A DNA stretch of 32,000 bases. Source: Candidatus Iainarchaeum sp. (lineage in GTDB: Archaea; Iainarchaeota; Iainarchaeia; Iainarchaeales; CSSED10-239). Under the pieces are notes generated by a model. The model was not told the DNA's origin. It was given only the letters and a program-made list of their open reading frames with translations, and searched no databases. Location of the stretch: the NCBI GenBank assembly GCA_028700115.1, contig JAQVTI010000004.1, forward strand, positions 1-32,000. Direction: 5' to 3'. Position 1 is the first letter of the stretch. Every line of letters begins with the position of its first letter. Below are positions 1 to 9,546 of this stretch, one piece after another. Position numbers and translations under genes: made by a program.

Positions 1-1647
1 ATTTTAAGGGATTTTTGGTTTCTTAGTTTTTTTATTTTCACATTATCTTTGATTATTTTTAATTTAATTAATAATTTTTATTTATTTTATAATTTAGGTT
101 TTTTGAGTTTAATTTTAGTTATTTTTATTTTAATATATTCTTTTTTATTTATATTATATTCTAGTCAATTATTAAATACTATTATTTTTATAGAAAGATA
201 TTGTTTAAAACATATAACTAAAATTAATAAATATACTTTTGAAAATGCAATAGACTGTGTTAAACCTTTATTTGATTATTTAAGAAATGTAAATAATGAG
301 TCTGATTTATTTAAAAAGACTTTAAAGTTTACTGAAGATATAGTTTTAAACTATATTAAATCAAGAAATTTATTAGAAGAGGATCTTTTTATTATATATA
401 TTGATGACCAAATTAATCTTTTATATTATCTTAATAATAAAAATAATTATTTAGTTTTAGATGAAATTACTTCTTTTTCATGTAATGTTTTATCAGAATT
501 AGTTAAAAAAAGGTTATATTCTACTTCCCAATCTAAATTAGAAAATAAATTTTTGTATACTTTGAATATATATTTTTATGATTTATTTAATAAATTTGAT
601 AGAATTAAAACTCCTAGTTTAATTTTAAATTTTTTATTAAAAACTAAATATCATTTTATACTTAAAAATAAAACTTGGGATATATACACTACGTATATAA
701 ATGATATTATTAAATTTTGTTTAAATCAAAATGATTCTTATTCTAGTTTTTTACTTAAAAAAATTGTATCTACTTATAGAGAATATTTAATTATTGAATT
801 AAAATTAAATATAGATGATAAGAAAACAGATTTATTTTTATTTGAAAAATTATATGAAATATTATCTTTAAGAAGATTTAATAATGTTAATCTTTTTGAT
901 CATAATGATGTATATAGACCTTTATTTTTTTATAATAATATTAATTTTGAAATTTTTAATTTAATTAGAGATGAAGATCATATTAATGATAATGTAGTTA
1001 GTTTTTTAAATAAATATGTATCTTTAACTAATGATTTATTAAAAGATAATTTTGGAGATTCTGTTTTTTTAGATGCTTATATTGAATTAGTTTATGTTAT
1101 TTTTAATATTAAATTGAATATTAACTTAAAAAGAAATTTTATTAGAGTAATGTATTCTAAATTTATAGATTATTCACTTTCTTTATTTAAATCTAAAAAT
1201 TATGACTTAGAAAAACATTTACTTTATTTGTTATCTATATTATTTTATAAATTTAGAAAAAATAATAATTCTTTAATTTTAGAAATTGTAAATAAATTAA
1301 TTTTATTTTATGAAAAGGATTCTGAAAATTCTAAAATGTTTTTGCCATTACTTAAAACTATAGGTAGTTGGGTTAATTCTTATGATGATTTAAAAAATAT
1401 ATCTATTATAGTTTCAAACTGTATAAAAAAAGATGTAGTGGAAGATAATTATAATTCTTCTTCAAAAGTAATATTATCTATATTAAATAAATATAATTAC
1501 TCTACAAAATGTAGTTATTCTTATGAATTATGGGTGTTGCCTCCTTCAAAATTATGGAATATAGGTAGATTTTATAATAATATTAATAAATATTATAATC
1601 GTAAAGAAATATATGAAAATTATCATAAATTATTAATGACTAAATAG
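1..1647 (+). CDS. Uncharacterised helical membrane-anchored protein; 5' end probably outside the window
   Basis: Track ORF 49..1647 begins at a TTG codon; the same frame has no stop from 49 back to base 1, so the gene likely starts upstream. Hydrophobic N-terminus (YNLGFLSLILVIFILIYSFLFILY) followed by a long soluble helical region. Confidence 0.6.
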   Translation: MLRDFWFLSFFIFTLSLIIFNLINNFYLFYNLGFLSLILVIFILIYSFLFILYSSQLLNTIIFIERYCLKHITKINKYTFENAIDCVKPLFDYLRNVNNESDLFKKTLKFTEDIVLNYIKSRNLLEEDLFIIYIDDQINLLYYLNNKNNYLVLDEITSFSCNVLSELVKKRLYSTSQSKLENKFLYTLNIYFYDLFNKFDRIKTPSLILNFLLKTKYHFILKNKTWDIYTTYINDIIKFCLNQNDSYSSFLLKKIVSTYREYLIIELKLNIDDKKTDLFLFEKLYEILSLRRFNNVNLFDHNDVYRPLFFYNNINFEIFNLIRDEDHINDNVVSFLNKYVSLTNDLLKDNFGDSVFLDAYIELVYVIFNIKLNINLKRNFIRVMYSKFIDYSLSLFKSKNYDLEKHLLYLLSILFYKFRKNNNSLILEIVNKLILFYEKDSENSKMFLPLLKTIGSWVNSYDDLKNISIIVSNCIKKDVVEDNYNSSSKVILSILNKYNYSTKCSYSYELWVLPPSKLWNIGRFYNNINKYYNRKEIYENYHKLLMTK

Positions 1648-1669
1648 ATTTTGATTAAATGTGGTGTTT

Positions 1670-2464
1670 ATGCAAGAAATAAAAGAATGGACTCAAGATG
1701 AAGCAGAATTAGAATTTGATAAAATAATTAATAACAATTGTTCAGGTGAATGGTATGATATTGATTGGAAGTTAAAATTAAATTTTGATTCAACAGGTTT
1801 TAAAACAAATAATACTACTCAAAAAGCAATATCTGGTTTTGCAAATACTTATGGTGGTAAATTAATTATTGGAATTAATGATGATAGAGAATTAATTGGT
1901 TTTAAAGAAATTGAAAATATTGAAAATCATATTTTTAATAAATTATCAAAAAAATTGTTACCATCAATTCTTTTATTTAAGGCAAAATATTATGACTATA
2001 ATTCTAAAAAATTATTAGTTATATTTGTAGGTAAATCTAAAATTCCTATACAATGTGATAATGGAGTTTATTATTATAGAGAACAATCAGCATTTTTATT
2101 TATGCCTCATAAAATGTTAGAAAGTAAATTTAAATCTAATTTTATTGAAGAAATGTATAAAGTATTAGTTTCTAAAGAATTAGATAGTTTGAGTATATAT
2201 TTGAAAGAATTATCTAAAGTATCTTCCACATTAAATTACAAAATTAGTTCTTATACTAAATATATTAAAGAATCTGCAGAAAAATTATTCTTTTTTTATA
2301 AAGAAAATAATATGTTAGATTCTTTTTTTGATGTTTATAATAAAATATTGTATTGGTCAGCTTGTGAAGGTAATAAGCTCATTAATATTAATGAAATTAA
2401 TTGTTTTATAAAATCTATAAATTCATTATATAATCAAATTAGTTCTTCTAAGAATAAAGATTAA
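1670..2464 (+). CDS. AlbA_2 / Schlafen-like domain protein
   Basis: AISGFANTYGGKLIIGINDDRELIGFKEIENIENHI matches the AlbA_2/SLFN core pattern (AfaNt.GG.l.iGi.d...i.G). Track ORF starts at GTG 1661; ATG at 1670 is a likelier start. Confidence 0.7.
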   Translation: MQEIKEWTQDEAELEFDKIINNNCSGEWYDIDWKLKLNFDSTGFKTNNTTQKAISGFANTYGGKLIIGINDDRELIGFKEIENIENHIFNKLSKKLLPSILLFKAKYYDYNSKKLLVIFVGKSKIPIQCDNGVYYYREQSAFLFMPHKMLESKFKSNFIEEMYKVLVSKELDSLSIYLKELSKVSSTLNYKISSYTKYIKESAEKLFFFYKENNMLDSFFDVYNKILYWSACEGNKLININEINCFIKSINSLYNQISSSKNKD

Positions 2465-2475
2465 TAGTTATAATT

Positions 2476-3144
2476 ATGAACAAAAACAATAATCTAAAAC
2501 TAAATAAAATACTAAATTCAGAAAAATTTCTTAAAAAAGTAATTATTACTGTAAAAAAAGAATATAGACCTTATGATCCTGGAAATTATTTATATAATTT
2601 AGTAGTTAAAAATAATAAATCTATATTTGAAGATAAAAATTTAGAATTAATATATACTACTTTAATTTCTTGGAATATGAATTCTAGAGGTGCAAGATTA
2701 ACACCTATTAATATTTTTAAAAAATCTATACTTAATAATAAAAAAATAATTATAGATTTAAAAAAATATACTTTTAAAGATTTATTAATTAATTTTGATG
2801 AAATTTTTGAAAAATTGTATTTTCTTTATAATAATTTAGAATTATGTAAACAAAAAACAAAAATAGTTACTTTTTCAAAAACAATGCATTTTTTATTACC
2901 AAATTTATGTGTTCCTATAGATAGAAAGTATGCATTAAACTTTTTTTATAATAATAGAAGTATTACTAATAAGAATGAATTTAGAAAATATAAAGAAATT
3001 AATTTAAATTATTGTAAAATATATGAAAAATATGATTTAAGTAAGTATTTAGGTAAAATTAGTGATAATGGAATTAGATGGAATATTACAATTCCAAAGA
3101 TTTTGGATAATGTTGTAATTGGATATGGGATATTAAAAAATTAA
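2476..3144 (+). CDS. Conserved-looking protein of unknown function
   Basis: Complete 222-aa ORF 11 bp after the AlbA_2 gene; contains KTMHFLLPNLCVPIDRKYALNFFY. Confidence 0.65.
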   Translation: MNKNNNLKLNKILNSEKFLKKVIITVKKEYRPYDPGNYLYNLVVKNNKSIFEDKNLELIYTTLISWNMNSRGARLTPINIFKKSILNNKKIIIDLKKYTFKDLLINFDEIFEKLYFLYNNLELCKQKTKIVTFSKTMHFLLPNLCVPIDRKYALNFFYNNRSITNKNEFRKYKEINLNYCKIYEKYDLSKYLGKISDNGIRWNITIPKILDNVVIGYGILKN

Positions 3145-3227
3145 AATAAAAGATAATATTTAAGTATAGTTTAGTATATATATGATATATAAAAATATAT
3201 TTTTAAAATATAATTTAGTTGATTATT

Positions 3228-4799
3228 ATGACAGTTGTAAAAAATAAAAAAGTGAAAATTGTAGAAGAAACCTTATGGGATTCTGCAAATAAGTTAAGAG
3301 GAAAAGTTGAACCAGCTGAATATAAGCACGTCGTTTTAGGATTAATATTTCTTAAATTCGTAAGCGATAAATTTGAAAAAAGAAAAAAAGAATTAATTAC
3401 AGAAGGAAAAGAAAAATATATCGACATTGTTGAATTCTATACCAGTAAGAATATTTTCTATTTACCTGAAGTTTCAAGATGGGAATATTTAAAGAAAAAT
3501 GCAAAACAAAACGATATCGCTTTAAAGATTGATACTGCTCTTGCAACCGTTGAAAAAAATAATCCTGCTCTTAAAGGTGCTTTGCCTGACAATTATTATT
3601 CAAGATTAGATTTAGATGTAAATAAACTTGCTTCTTTAATTGATACAATAAACAATATTGATACTCTAAAAGACGATGAACAAGATATTATTGGAAGAGT
3701 TTATGAATACTTTTTAAGAAAATTCGCTCTTGCAGAAGGAAAAGGAAAAGGAGAATTCTATACTCCAAAATGCATTGTAAAATTAATTGCTGAAATGATT
3801 GAACCATACAAAGGAAAAATATACGATCCTTGTTGCGGTAGCGGTGGAATGTTTGTTCAATCAATTAACTTTATTCAAAATCATCATGGAAATAAAAAAG
3901 ATATTTCTATTTACGGACAAGAATATACTTCAACAACCTATAAATTGGCAAAAATGAATCTTGCAATAAGAGGAATTTCTGCAAATCTTGGAAAAATTCC
4001 CGACAATACTTTTTTTAATGACCAACATGAAGATTTGAAAGCTGATTTTATTATGGCAAATCCTCCATTTAATCAAAAACAATGGAGAGAAGCAAACGAA
4101 TTAACACAAGATGCAAGATGGTCAGGATATGAAGTTCCCCCAACAGGAAATGCAAACTATGCATGGATTTTACACATGGTTTCAAAACTTTCTGAAAATG
4201 GAGTTGCTGGATTTATCCTTTCAAATGGTGCTTTATCTGGTGGCGGAGAAGAACTAAAGATAAGACAAAAATTAATTGAGAATGGTTTAGTTGAAGCAGT
4301 AATTGTTTTACCAAGAAATCTATTTTATACAACAGATATTAGTGTAACTTTATGGATTATTAATAAAAATAAAAGAGAAAGAACATTTCAACCAGATGGA
4401 GTTGTAAAGAACCTTAGAAACAGAGAACATGAATATTTGTTTATGGATTTGAGAGAAATGGGAGAACCATTTGAAAAGAAATTCATTCAATTAACCGATG
4501 ATGATATCAAAAAAGTAGCAGAAACTTACCATAATTGGCAAGATATAGATTGGAAAGAAAAATATCAAGATAAACCAGAATTTTGTTATAGTGCAAAACT
4601 AGAAGAACTAAAAAAGAAAGGATTTTCTCTTGCACCAAGTAAATATATTGAATTTGTTAATAGAGATGAAAATATTGATTTTGATGAAAAAATGAATAAT
4701 TTGAAACAAGAATTTTCTAAGTTATTAAGTGAAGAAGAGAATTCAAAAAAAGAGTTACTTAAAGTTTTCGAGGAGTTAGGATATGGTATCAAATTTTAA
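3228..4799 (+). CDS. hsdM: Type I restriction-modification system, methyltransferase subunit HsdM
   Basis: N-terminal HsdM_N-like region, SAM motif DPCCGSGGMF, catalytic NPPF, C-terminal region typical of HsdM. Track ORF starts at TTG 3219; ATG at 3228 preferred. Confidence 0.97.
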   Translation: MTVVKNKKVKIVEETLWDSANKLRGKVEPAEYKHVVLGLIFLKFVSDKFEKRKKELITEGKEKYIDIVEFYTSKNIFYLPEVSRWEYLKKNAKQNDIALKIDTALATVEKNNPALKGALPDNYYSRLDLDVNKLASLIDTINNIDTLKDDEQDIIGRVYEYFLRKFALAEGKGKGEFYTPKCIVKLIAEMIEPYKGKIYDPCCGSGGMFVQSINFIQNHHGNKKDISIYGQEYTSTTYKLAKMNLAIRGISANLGKIPDNTFFNDQHEDLKADFIMANPPFNQKQWREANELTQDARWSGYEVPPTGNANYAWILHMVSKLSENGVAGFILSNGALSGGGEELKIRQKLIENGLVEAVIVLPRNLFYTTDISVTLWIINKNKRERTFQPDGVVKNLRNREHEYLFMDLREMGEPFEKKFIQLTDDDIKKVAETYHNWQDIDWKEKYQDKPEFCYSAKLEELKKKGFSLAPSKYIEFVNRDENIDFDEKMNNLKQEFSKLLSEEENSKKELLKVFEELGYGIKF

Positions 4800-5979
4800 G
4801 CCCATTGGAAGTTTTATCAGAAGAGTTGATAAAAGAAACAGAGATTTATCCGTTACTGATCTTCGAGGATTAAGTATGACTAAAGAATTTAGAAAAACTA
4901 CTTCTAATATAATTGGAACTGATATGTCAAATTATAAAGTTGTTAATAAAAATCAATTTGCATGTGATTTTATGTCAGTTATACGAGTATATAAATTGCC
5001 AGTTGTTTTACATGCTGAAGAAGAACCGATAATTGTATCTCCTGCATATCCAGTTTTTGAAGTTAAAGATGAAAAGGTTCTTCTACCCGAATATTTAATG
5101 ATGTGGATGAGAAGGTCAGAGTTTGATAGATATGCCTTTTTTAGATGTGATAGTGCAATAAGGGGAGGATTTGGATGGGATGAGCTATGCGAAGTAGAAA
5201 TTCCAATTCCAGACATTGAAATTCAAAAAGAAATCGTAAAAGAATATAATATAATTATTAATCGAATTAAATTAAATAGTCAATTAATTCAAAAATTAGA
5301 AGAGACTGCTCAGACAATATTTAAAGAATGGTTTGAAGATTTTGAATTTCCTGATGAAAAAGGAAATTCATATAAATCAAGTGGCGGAGAAATGGAATAT
5401 AATGAAGAATTAGATAGAGATATTCCTAAATCTTGGTTAGTTGAAAAAATTGGTGGGTATGTAAATCTAAGTCAAGGTTTATGTGTGAATGCAACAACAG
5501 CTCATCTAATTAAAAATGAAGGTCTACCCCTTTTAAGAATTACTGATCTGATACATAATACAAAAAAAATATTCATAGACAAATCTGTGCCTAAAAAAAA
5601 TATTGCAACAAAAGACGATATAATTATAACTCGAACTGGTCAAGTTGGTTTAGTGTTTAAAAATAAAGAAGGAGTTGTTTATAACAATTGTTTCAAAATT
5701 GCTCCTAAGAATTCGTTGCTTGAAGAAAACTACTTATATTGGTTCTTAAAAAGAAAAAACACCTTTGAAAAAATGATTGAATTAGCAGAAGGTTCTTCTG
5801 CTCAGTTAGATTTGACACATGGAGCATTTTCAACTTTAATAATAACTATTCCAAATAAAAATATTCAGATTACATTCTCGAATCTTATTAAACATATTGA
5901 TTCATATATCGATATAATAAAAAATGAAATATGGAAACTTGAAGATTTTAAACAAATCCTTCTCTCAAAAATGTCGTAA
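4783..5979 (+). CDS. hsdS: Type I restriction-modification system, specificity subunit HsdS
   Basis: Two target-recognition regions joined by a helical spacer (QKEIVKEYNIIINRIKLNSQLIQKLEETAQTIFKEWFEDF); start overlaps the end of hsdM by 17 nt. Confidence 0.95.
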   Translation: MVSNFKPIGSFIRRVDKRNRDLSVTDLRGLSMTKEFRKTTSNIIGTDMSNYKVVNKNQFACDFMSVIRVYKLPVVLHAEEEPIIVSPAYPVFEVKDEKVLLPEYLMMWMRRSEFDRYAFFRCDSAIRGGFGWDELCEVEIPIPDIEIQKEIVKEYNIIINRIKLNSQLIQKLEETAQTIFKEWFEDFEFPDEKGNSYKSSGGEMEYNEELDRDIPKSWLVEKIGGYVNLSQGLCVNATTAHLIKNEGLPLLRITDLIHNTKKIFIDKSVPKKNIATKDDIIITRTGQVGLVFKNKEGVVYNNCFKIAPKNSLLEENYLYWFLKRKNTFEKMIELAEGSSAQLDLTHGAFSTLIITIPNKNIQITFSNLIKHIDSYIDIIKNEIWKLEDFKQILLSKMS

Positions 5980-6002
5980 ATTCCTGTTGAGGTTGTTGCA
6001 AA

Positions 6003-9000
6003 ATGAAATTCACTGAAGAAAAACTGGAAAAAGCAGTAATTGAATTATTTCTAGAAGAAAATTATACTTATGTTTGTGGAGAGAATATTCATAAAGAAGT
6101 TTCTCAAGTTTTACTTAAAGATGATCTAAAAGCATATTTAAGAAATAAATATTCAAAAGAAAAAATTACTGAAAATGAAATTGAAGCAATTATAAGAAAA
6201 TTAGAATTATTCCCATCATCTGCTTTATATGAATCAAATAAAGAAATAATGAAATTAATTGCAGATGGTTTTATTCTAAAAAGAGAAGACAGAAGTAAAA
6301 AAGATTTATTTATTCAATTAATAGATTCAGAAACCATAAAAAACAACATTTTCAAAATTGTAAATCAACTTGAAATTCAAGGTTTTGAAAAAAGAATCCC
6401 TGATGGAATAGTTTATGTTAATGGTTTGCCAATAGTTGTAATTGAATTTAAATCTGCTATAAAAGAAAACACAACAATATTAGATGCATATAAACAATTA
6501 ACTATTAGATATCAAAGAGACATCCCTGAATTATTCAAATATAATGCTTTTTGTGTCATAAGTGATGGAGTGAATAATAAAGCAGGTTCTTTATTTGCTC
6601 CTTATGATTTTTTCTATGCTTGGAGAAAAAAAGATGGAACAGATATTCCTGAAGTTGATGGAATAAATTCTCTTTATACAATGATTACTGGAATGTTTAA
6701 TAAAAAAATATTATTAGATGTTGTTCAAAACTTCGTATTCTTTCCTGATACAAACAAAAAAAAGATGAAAATTGTTTGTCGTTATCCTCAATATTATGCA
6801 TCAAGAAAACTCTTTGAATCTATAAAACAAAATATGCGACCAAATGGCTCTGGTAAAGGTGGAACTTGTTTTGGAGCAACTGGAAGCGGTAAAAGTTTTA
6901 CTATGCTTTATTTAACAAGATTATTAATGAAATCTCAAGAACTATCAAGTCCTACAATTGTTTTAATCACAGACAGAAATGATTTAGATGACCAATTATC
7001 AGAACAATTTACAAATGGTAAAAAATTTATTGGGGATGATAATGTATTAAACATTACAAGCAGAGATAAACTAAAAACTGAATTAAGAGGGAGAAAAAGC
7101 GGAGGAGTTTATCTTACAACTATTCAAAAATTCACAGAGAGTATTGATTTATTGACTAATAGAGCAAATGTAATTTGTATTTCTGATGAAGCACACAGAA
7201 CGCAAACAAATTTAGACCAGAAAATAAAACTAACTGCTAAAGGAGTTAAAAAATCATTTGGATTTGCAAAATACTTACATGATTCTTTGCCTAATGCAAC
7301 TTATGTAGGATTTACAGGAACTCCAATAGATGCGACTTTAGATGTTTTTGGAAAAGTACAACATGCATACACTATGAAAGAATCTGTTGAAGATAAAATA
7401 ACAGTCAGAATTATTTATGAAGGTAGAGCAAACAAAATAATGCTTAATAATAAAAAACTAAAAGAAATTGAAGAATATTATAAGAAATGTGCTGATTATG
7501 GAAGTAATGAATATCAAATTGAAGAAAGCAAAAAAGCAGTTTCAAAAATGGAGGTCATTCTTGGAGATCCCGACAGATTAAAAGATTTAGCAAAAGACTT
7601 TGTTCAACATTATGAAAAAAGAGTTTTAGAAGGAGCTTCAGTTTTAGGAAAAGTTATGTTTGTTTGTTCAAGCAGACCAATAGCATATGAATTCTATAAA
7701 GAAGTTATAAAATTAAGACCTGATTGGGTAAAAATAAAGCAAAGTGCAGATGATAAGAAATTAACTCCACAAGAAAAGAAAGAAATCAAACCAATTGAAA
7801 AAATCAATATGGTTATGACTAGAGATAAAGATGATCCTAAAGAATTATATGAATTACTTGGGACTAAAGATTATAGAAAAGAATTAGATAGACAATTTAA
7901 GAACTCTAAATCAAATTTTAAAATTGCAATTTTAGTAGATATGTGGCTTACTGGATTTGATGTTCCTTTTTTAGATACAATTTATATAGATAAACCAATT
8001 CAACAACATAATTTAATTCAAACTATTTCGAGAGTAAATCGTGTATTTGAAAACAAAGAAGCTGGTTTAGTAGTTGATTATATTGGAATTAAGAAAAACA
8101 TGAATTTAGCATTAAAGAAATATTCTGATGTAGATTCTAATGACTTTGAGGATATTTCTAAAATGGTTGTTGTAGTTAAAGACCAACTTGATTTACTTAC
8201 TAAATTATTTAATAATTTTAACAGTAGGGACTATTTTGAAGGAACTCCTCTTCAACAACTAAATTGTTTGAACAGAGGTGCAGAATATGTTCAAATAACA
8301 GAAAAAACCGAAAAAAGATTTATGAATATTGTAAAAAAACTTCGTTCTGCATATAAACTCGCAGTTTCTAGTGAGGATATTACTCAAAAAGAAAGAGATT
8401 ATATTTATTTTTATTTTGGAATTTTTTCAATTATTCATAAATTAACAAAAGGAGATGCACCAGACACTGCACAAATGAATGCTCATGTAAAAGAAATGAT
8501 TAAAGAAGCATTAGTTAGTGAAGGTGTAGAAGAAATATTTAAGATTGGAAATAAAAATGCTAAATCTGGAATTGATATTTTTGGCGAAGAATATATGGCT
8601 AAAATTGATAAAATCAAACTTCCAAATACTAAATTAAAATTAATTCAACAAATTTTAAAAAAAGCAATATATGAATTTAAGAAAGTAAATAAGATAAAAG
8701 GTGTTGATTTTTCAAAAAAATTCAAAACACTTGTAGATGTTTATAATGATAGAAAAGATGATTTGAATTTTGCAACAGATGTTCTTTATGATTTAGTAGA
8801 TAAATTTACGGATTTATTTAATGAATTGAAACAAGAAAAATCTTCTTTTGAAAAAATTGGAATTGATTTTGAAGAAAAAGCATTTTATGATATATTAAAA
8901 TTAGTTGCTGAAAAATATAAATTTAAATATTCTCATGATAAATTAATTAAACTTTCTTGTGAAATAAAAAAGTTAGTAGATGATAAAACTAAATATACTG

Positions 9001-9146
9001 ATTGGTCAAAAAGAGATGATATTAAGGCAGAACTAAAAATGGATTTAATAATATTAATGGATAAACACAAATATCCACCAGTTCCTAGAGATGAAGTTTT
9101 TAAAGAAATATTCGAACAAGCAGAAAATTTTAAAAAATATATTTAA
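6003..9146 (+). CDS. hsdR: Type I restriction-modification system, restriction/translocase subunit HsdR
   Basis: Nuclease motif IVVIEFKSA, Walker A GATGSGKS, DEAH box (ISDEAHRTQ), GFTGTPI, late helicase motif region QTISRVNR; 23 bp after hsdS. Confidence 0.97.
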   Translation: MKFTEEKLEKAVIELFLEENYTYVCGENIHKEVSQVLLKDDLKAYLRNKYSKEKITENEIEAIIRKLELFPSSALYESNKEIMKLIADGFILKREDRSKKDLFIQLIDSETIKNNIFKIVNQLEIQGFEKRIPDGIVYVNGLPIVVIEFKSAIKENTTILDAYKQLTIRYQRDIPELFKYNAFCVISDGVNNKAGSLFAPYDFFYAWRKKDGTDIPEVDGINSLYTMITGMFNKKILLDVVQNFVFFPDTNKKKMKIVCRYPQYYASRKLFESIKQNMRPNGSGKGGTCFGATGSGKSFTMLYLTRLLMKSQELSSPTIVLITDRNDLDDQLSEQFTNGKKFIGDDNVLNITSRDKLKTELRGRKSGGVYLTTIQKFTESIDLLTNRANVICISDEAHRTQTNLDQKIKLTAKGVKKSFGFAKYLHDSLPNATYVGFTGTPIDATLDVFGKVQHAYTMKESVEDKITVRIIYEGRANKIMLNNKKLKEIEEYYKKCADYGSNEYQIEESKKAVSKMEVILGDPDRLKDLAKDFVQHYEKRVLEGASVLGKVMFVCSSRPIAYEFYKEVIKLRPDWVKIKQSADDKKLTPQEKKEIKPIEKINMVMTRDKDDPKELYELLGTKDYRKELDRQFKNSKSNFKIAILVDMWLTGFDVPFLDTIYIDKPIQQHNLIQTISRVNRVFENKEAGLVVDYIGIKKNMNLALKKYSDVDSNDFEDISKMVVVVKDQLDLLTKLFNNFNSRDYFEGTPLQQLNCLNRGAEYVQITEKTEKRFMNIVKKLRSAYKLAVSSEDITQKERDYIYFYFGIFSIIHKLTKGDAPDTAQMNAHVKEMIKEALVSEGVEEIFKIGNKNAKSGIDIFGEEYMAKIDKIKLPNTKLKLIQQILKKAIYEFKKVNKIKGVDFSKKFKTLVDVYNDRKDDLNFATDVLYDLVDKFTDLFNELKQEKSSFEKIGIDFEEKAFYDILKLVAEKYKFKYSHDKLIKLSCEIKKLVDDKTKYTDWSKRDDIKAELKMDLIILMDKHKYPPVPRDEVFKEIFEQAENFKKYI

Positions 9147-9157
9147 ATTAGATAAAT

Positions 9158-9544
9158 ATGAAATACTATATAATTAACCATTCTTTTGATTCTTATGTGA
9201 AAACAAAAGAATATTGTGGATTTATTAATAAAGACGAAAGAAATATAGTTAATATTGGAGATTATATTATTTATTTTGGACAAGGGGTTATTTTTGGAAT
9301 ATTTGAAGCTATAGATTTAGTTGATAATGAATTTAATAATTGGAAAGGTAATTATCCTTATCAAATTAAATTAAAACCAATATATTTATCTCAAAGAGGT
9401 ATATTAGCTAAAACTTTTTCTGAAAAGTTTAAGTTATTAAGAGAAGATAATCAATATAGAAATATTGTTGAATTAAATGAAGATGAATATATTTTAATTA
9501 AAAATAGTATTTTAGAAAATAAGAAAGAAATTAAGGTTGTTTGA
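9158..9544 (+). CDS. EVE/PUA-like domain protein (putative modified-base reader)
   Basis: Short protein with MKYYIINHSFDSY...GFINKDERNIVNIGDYIIYFGQGVIFGIFEAI...YPYQIKLKPIYL, consistent with an EVE/PUA-like beta-barrel. Confidence 0.6.
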   Translation: MKYYIINHSFDSYVKTKEYCGFINKDERNIVNIGDYIIYFGQGVIFGIFEAIDLVDNEFNNWKGNYPYQIKLKPIYLSQRGILAKTFSEKFKLLREDNQYRNIVELNEDEYILIKNSILENKKEIKVV

Positions 9545-9546
9545 TT

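Noticed and set aside
3215-3427. Minus-strand 70-aa ORF inside hsdM
   Set aside because: Antisense to a clearly coding hsdM N-terminus; composition is the mirror of the coding strand.
4586-5216. Minus-strand ORFs 4586..4792 and 4953..5216
   Set aside because: Antisense of hsdM/hsdS with no independent support.
4783-9146. Phase-variable hsdS or inverted duplicate TRD
   Set aside because: Only one hsdS is present, with no inverted repeats, second hsdS fragment or recombinase seen in the window.
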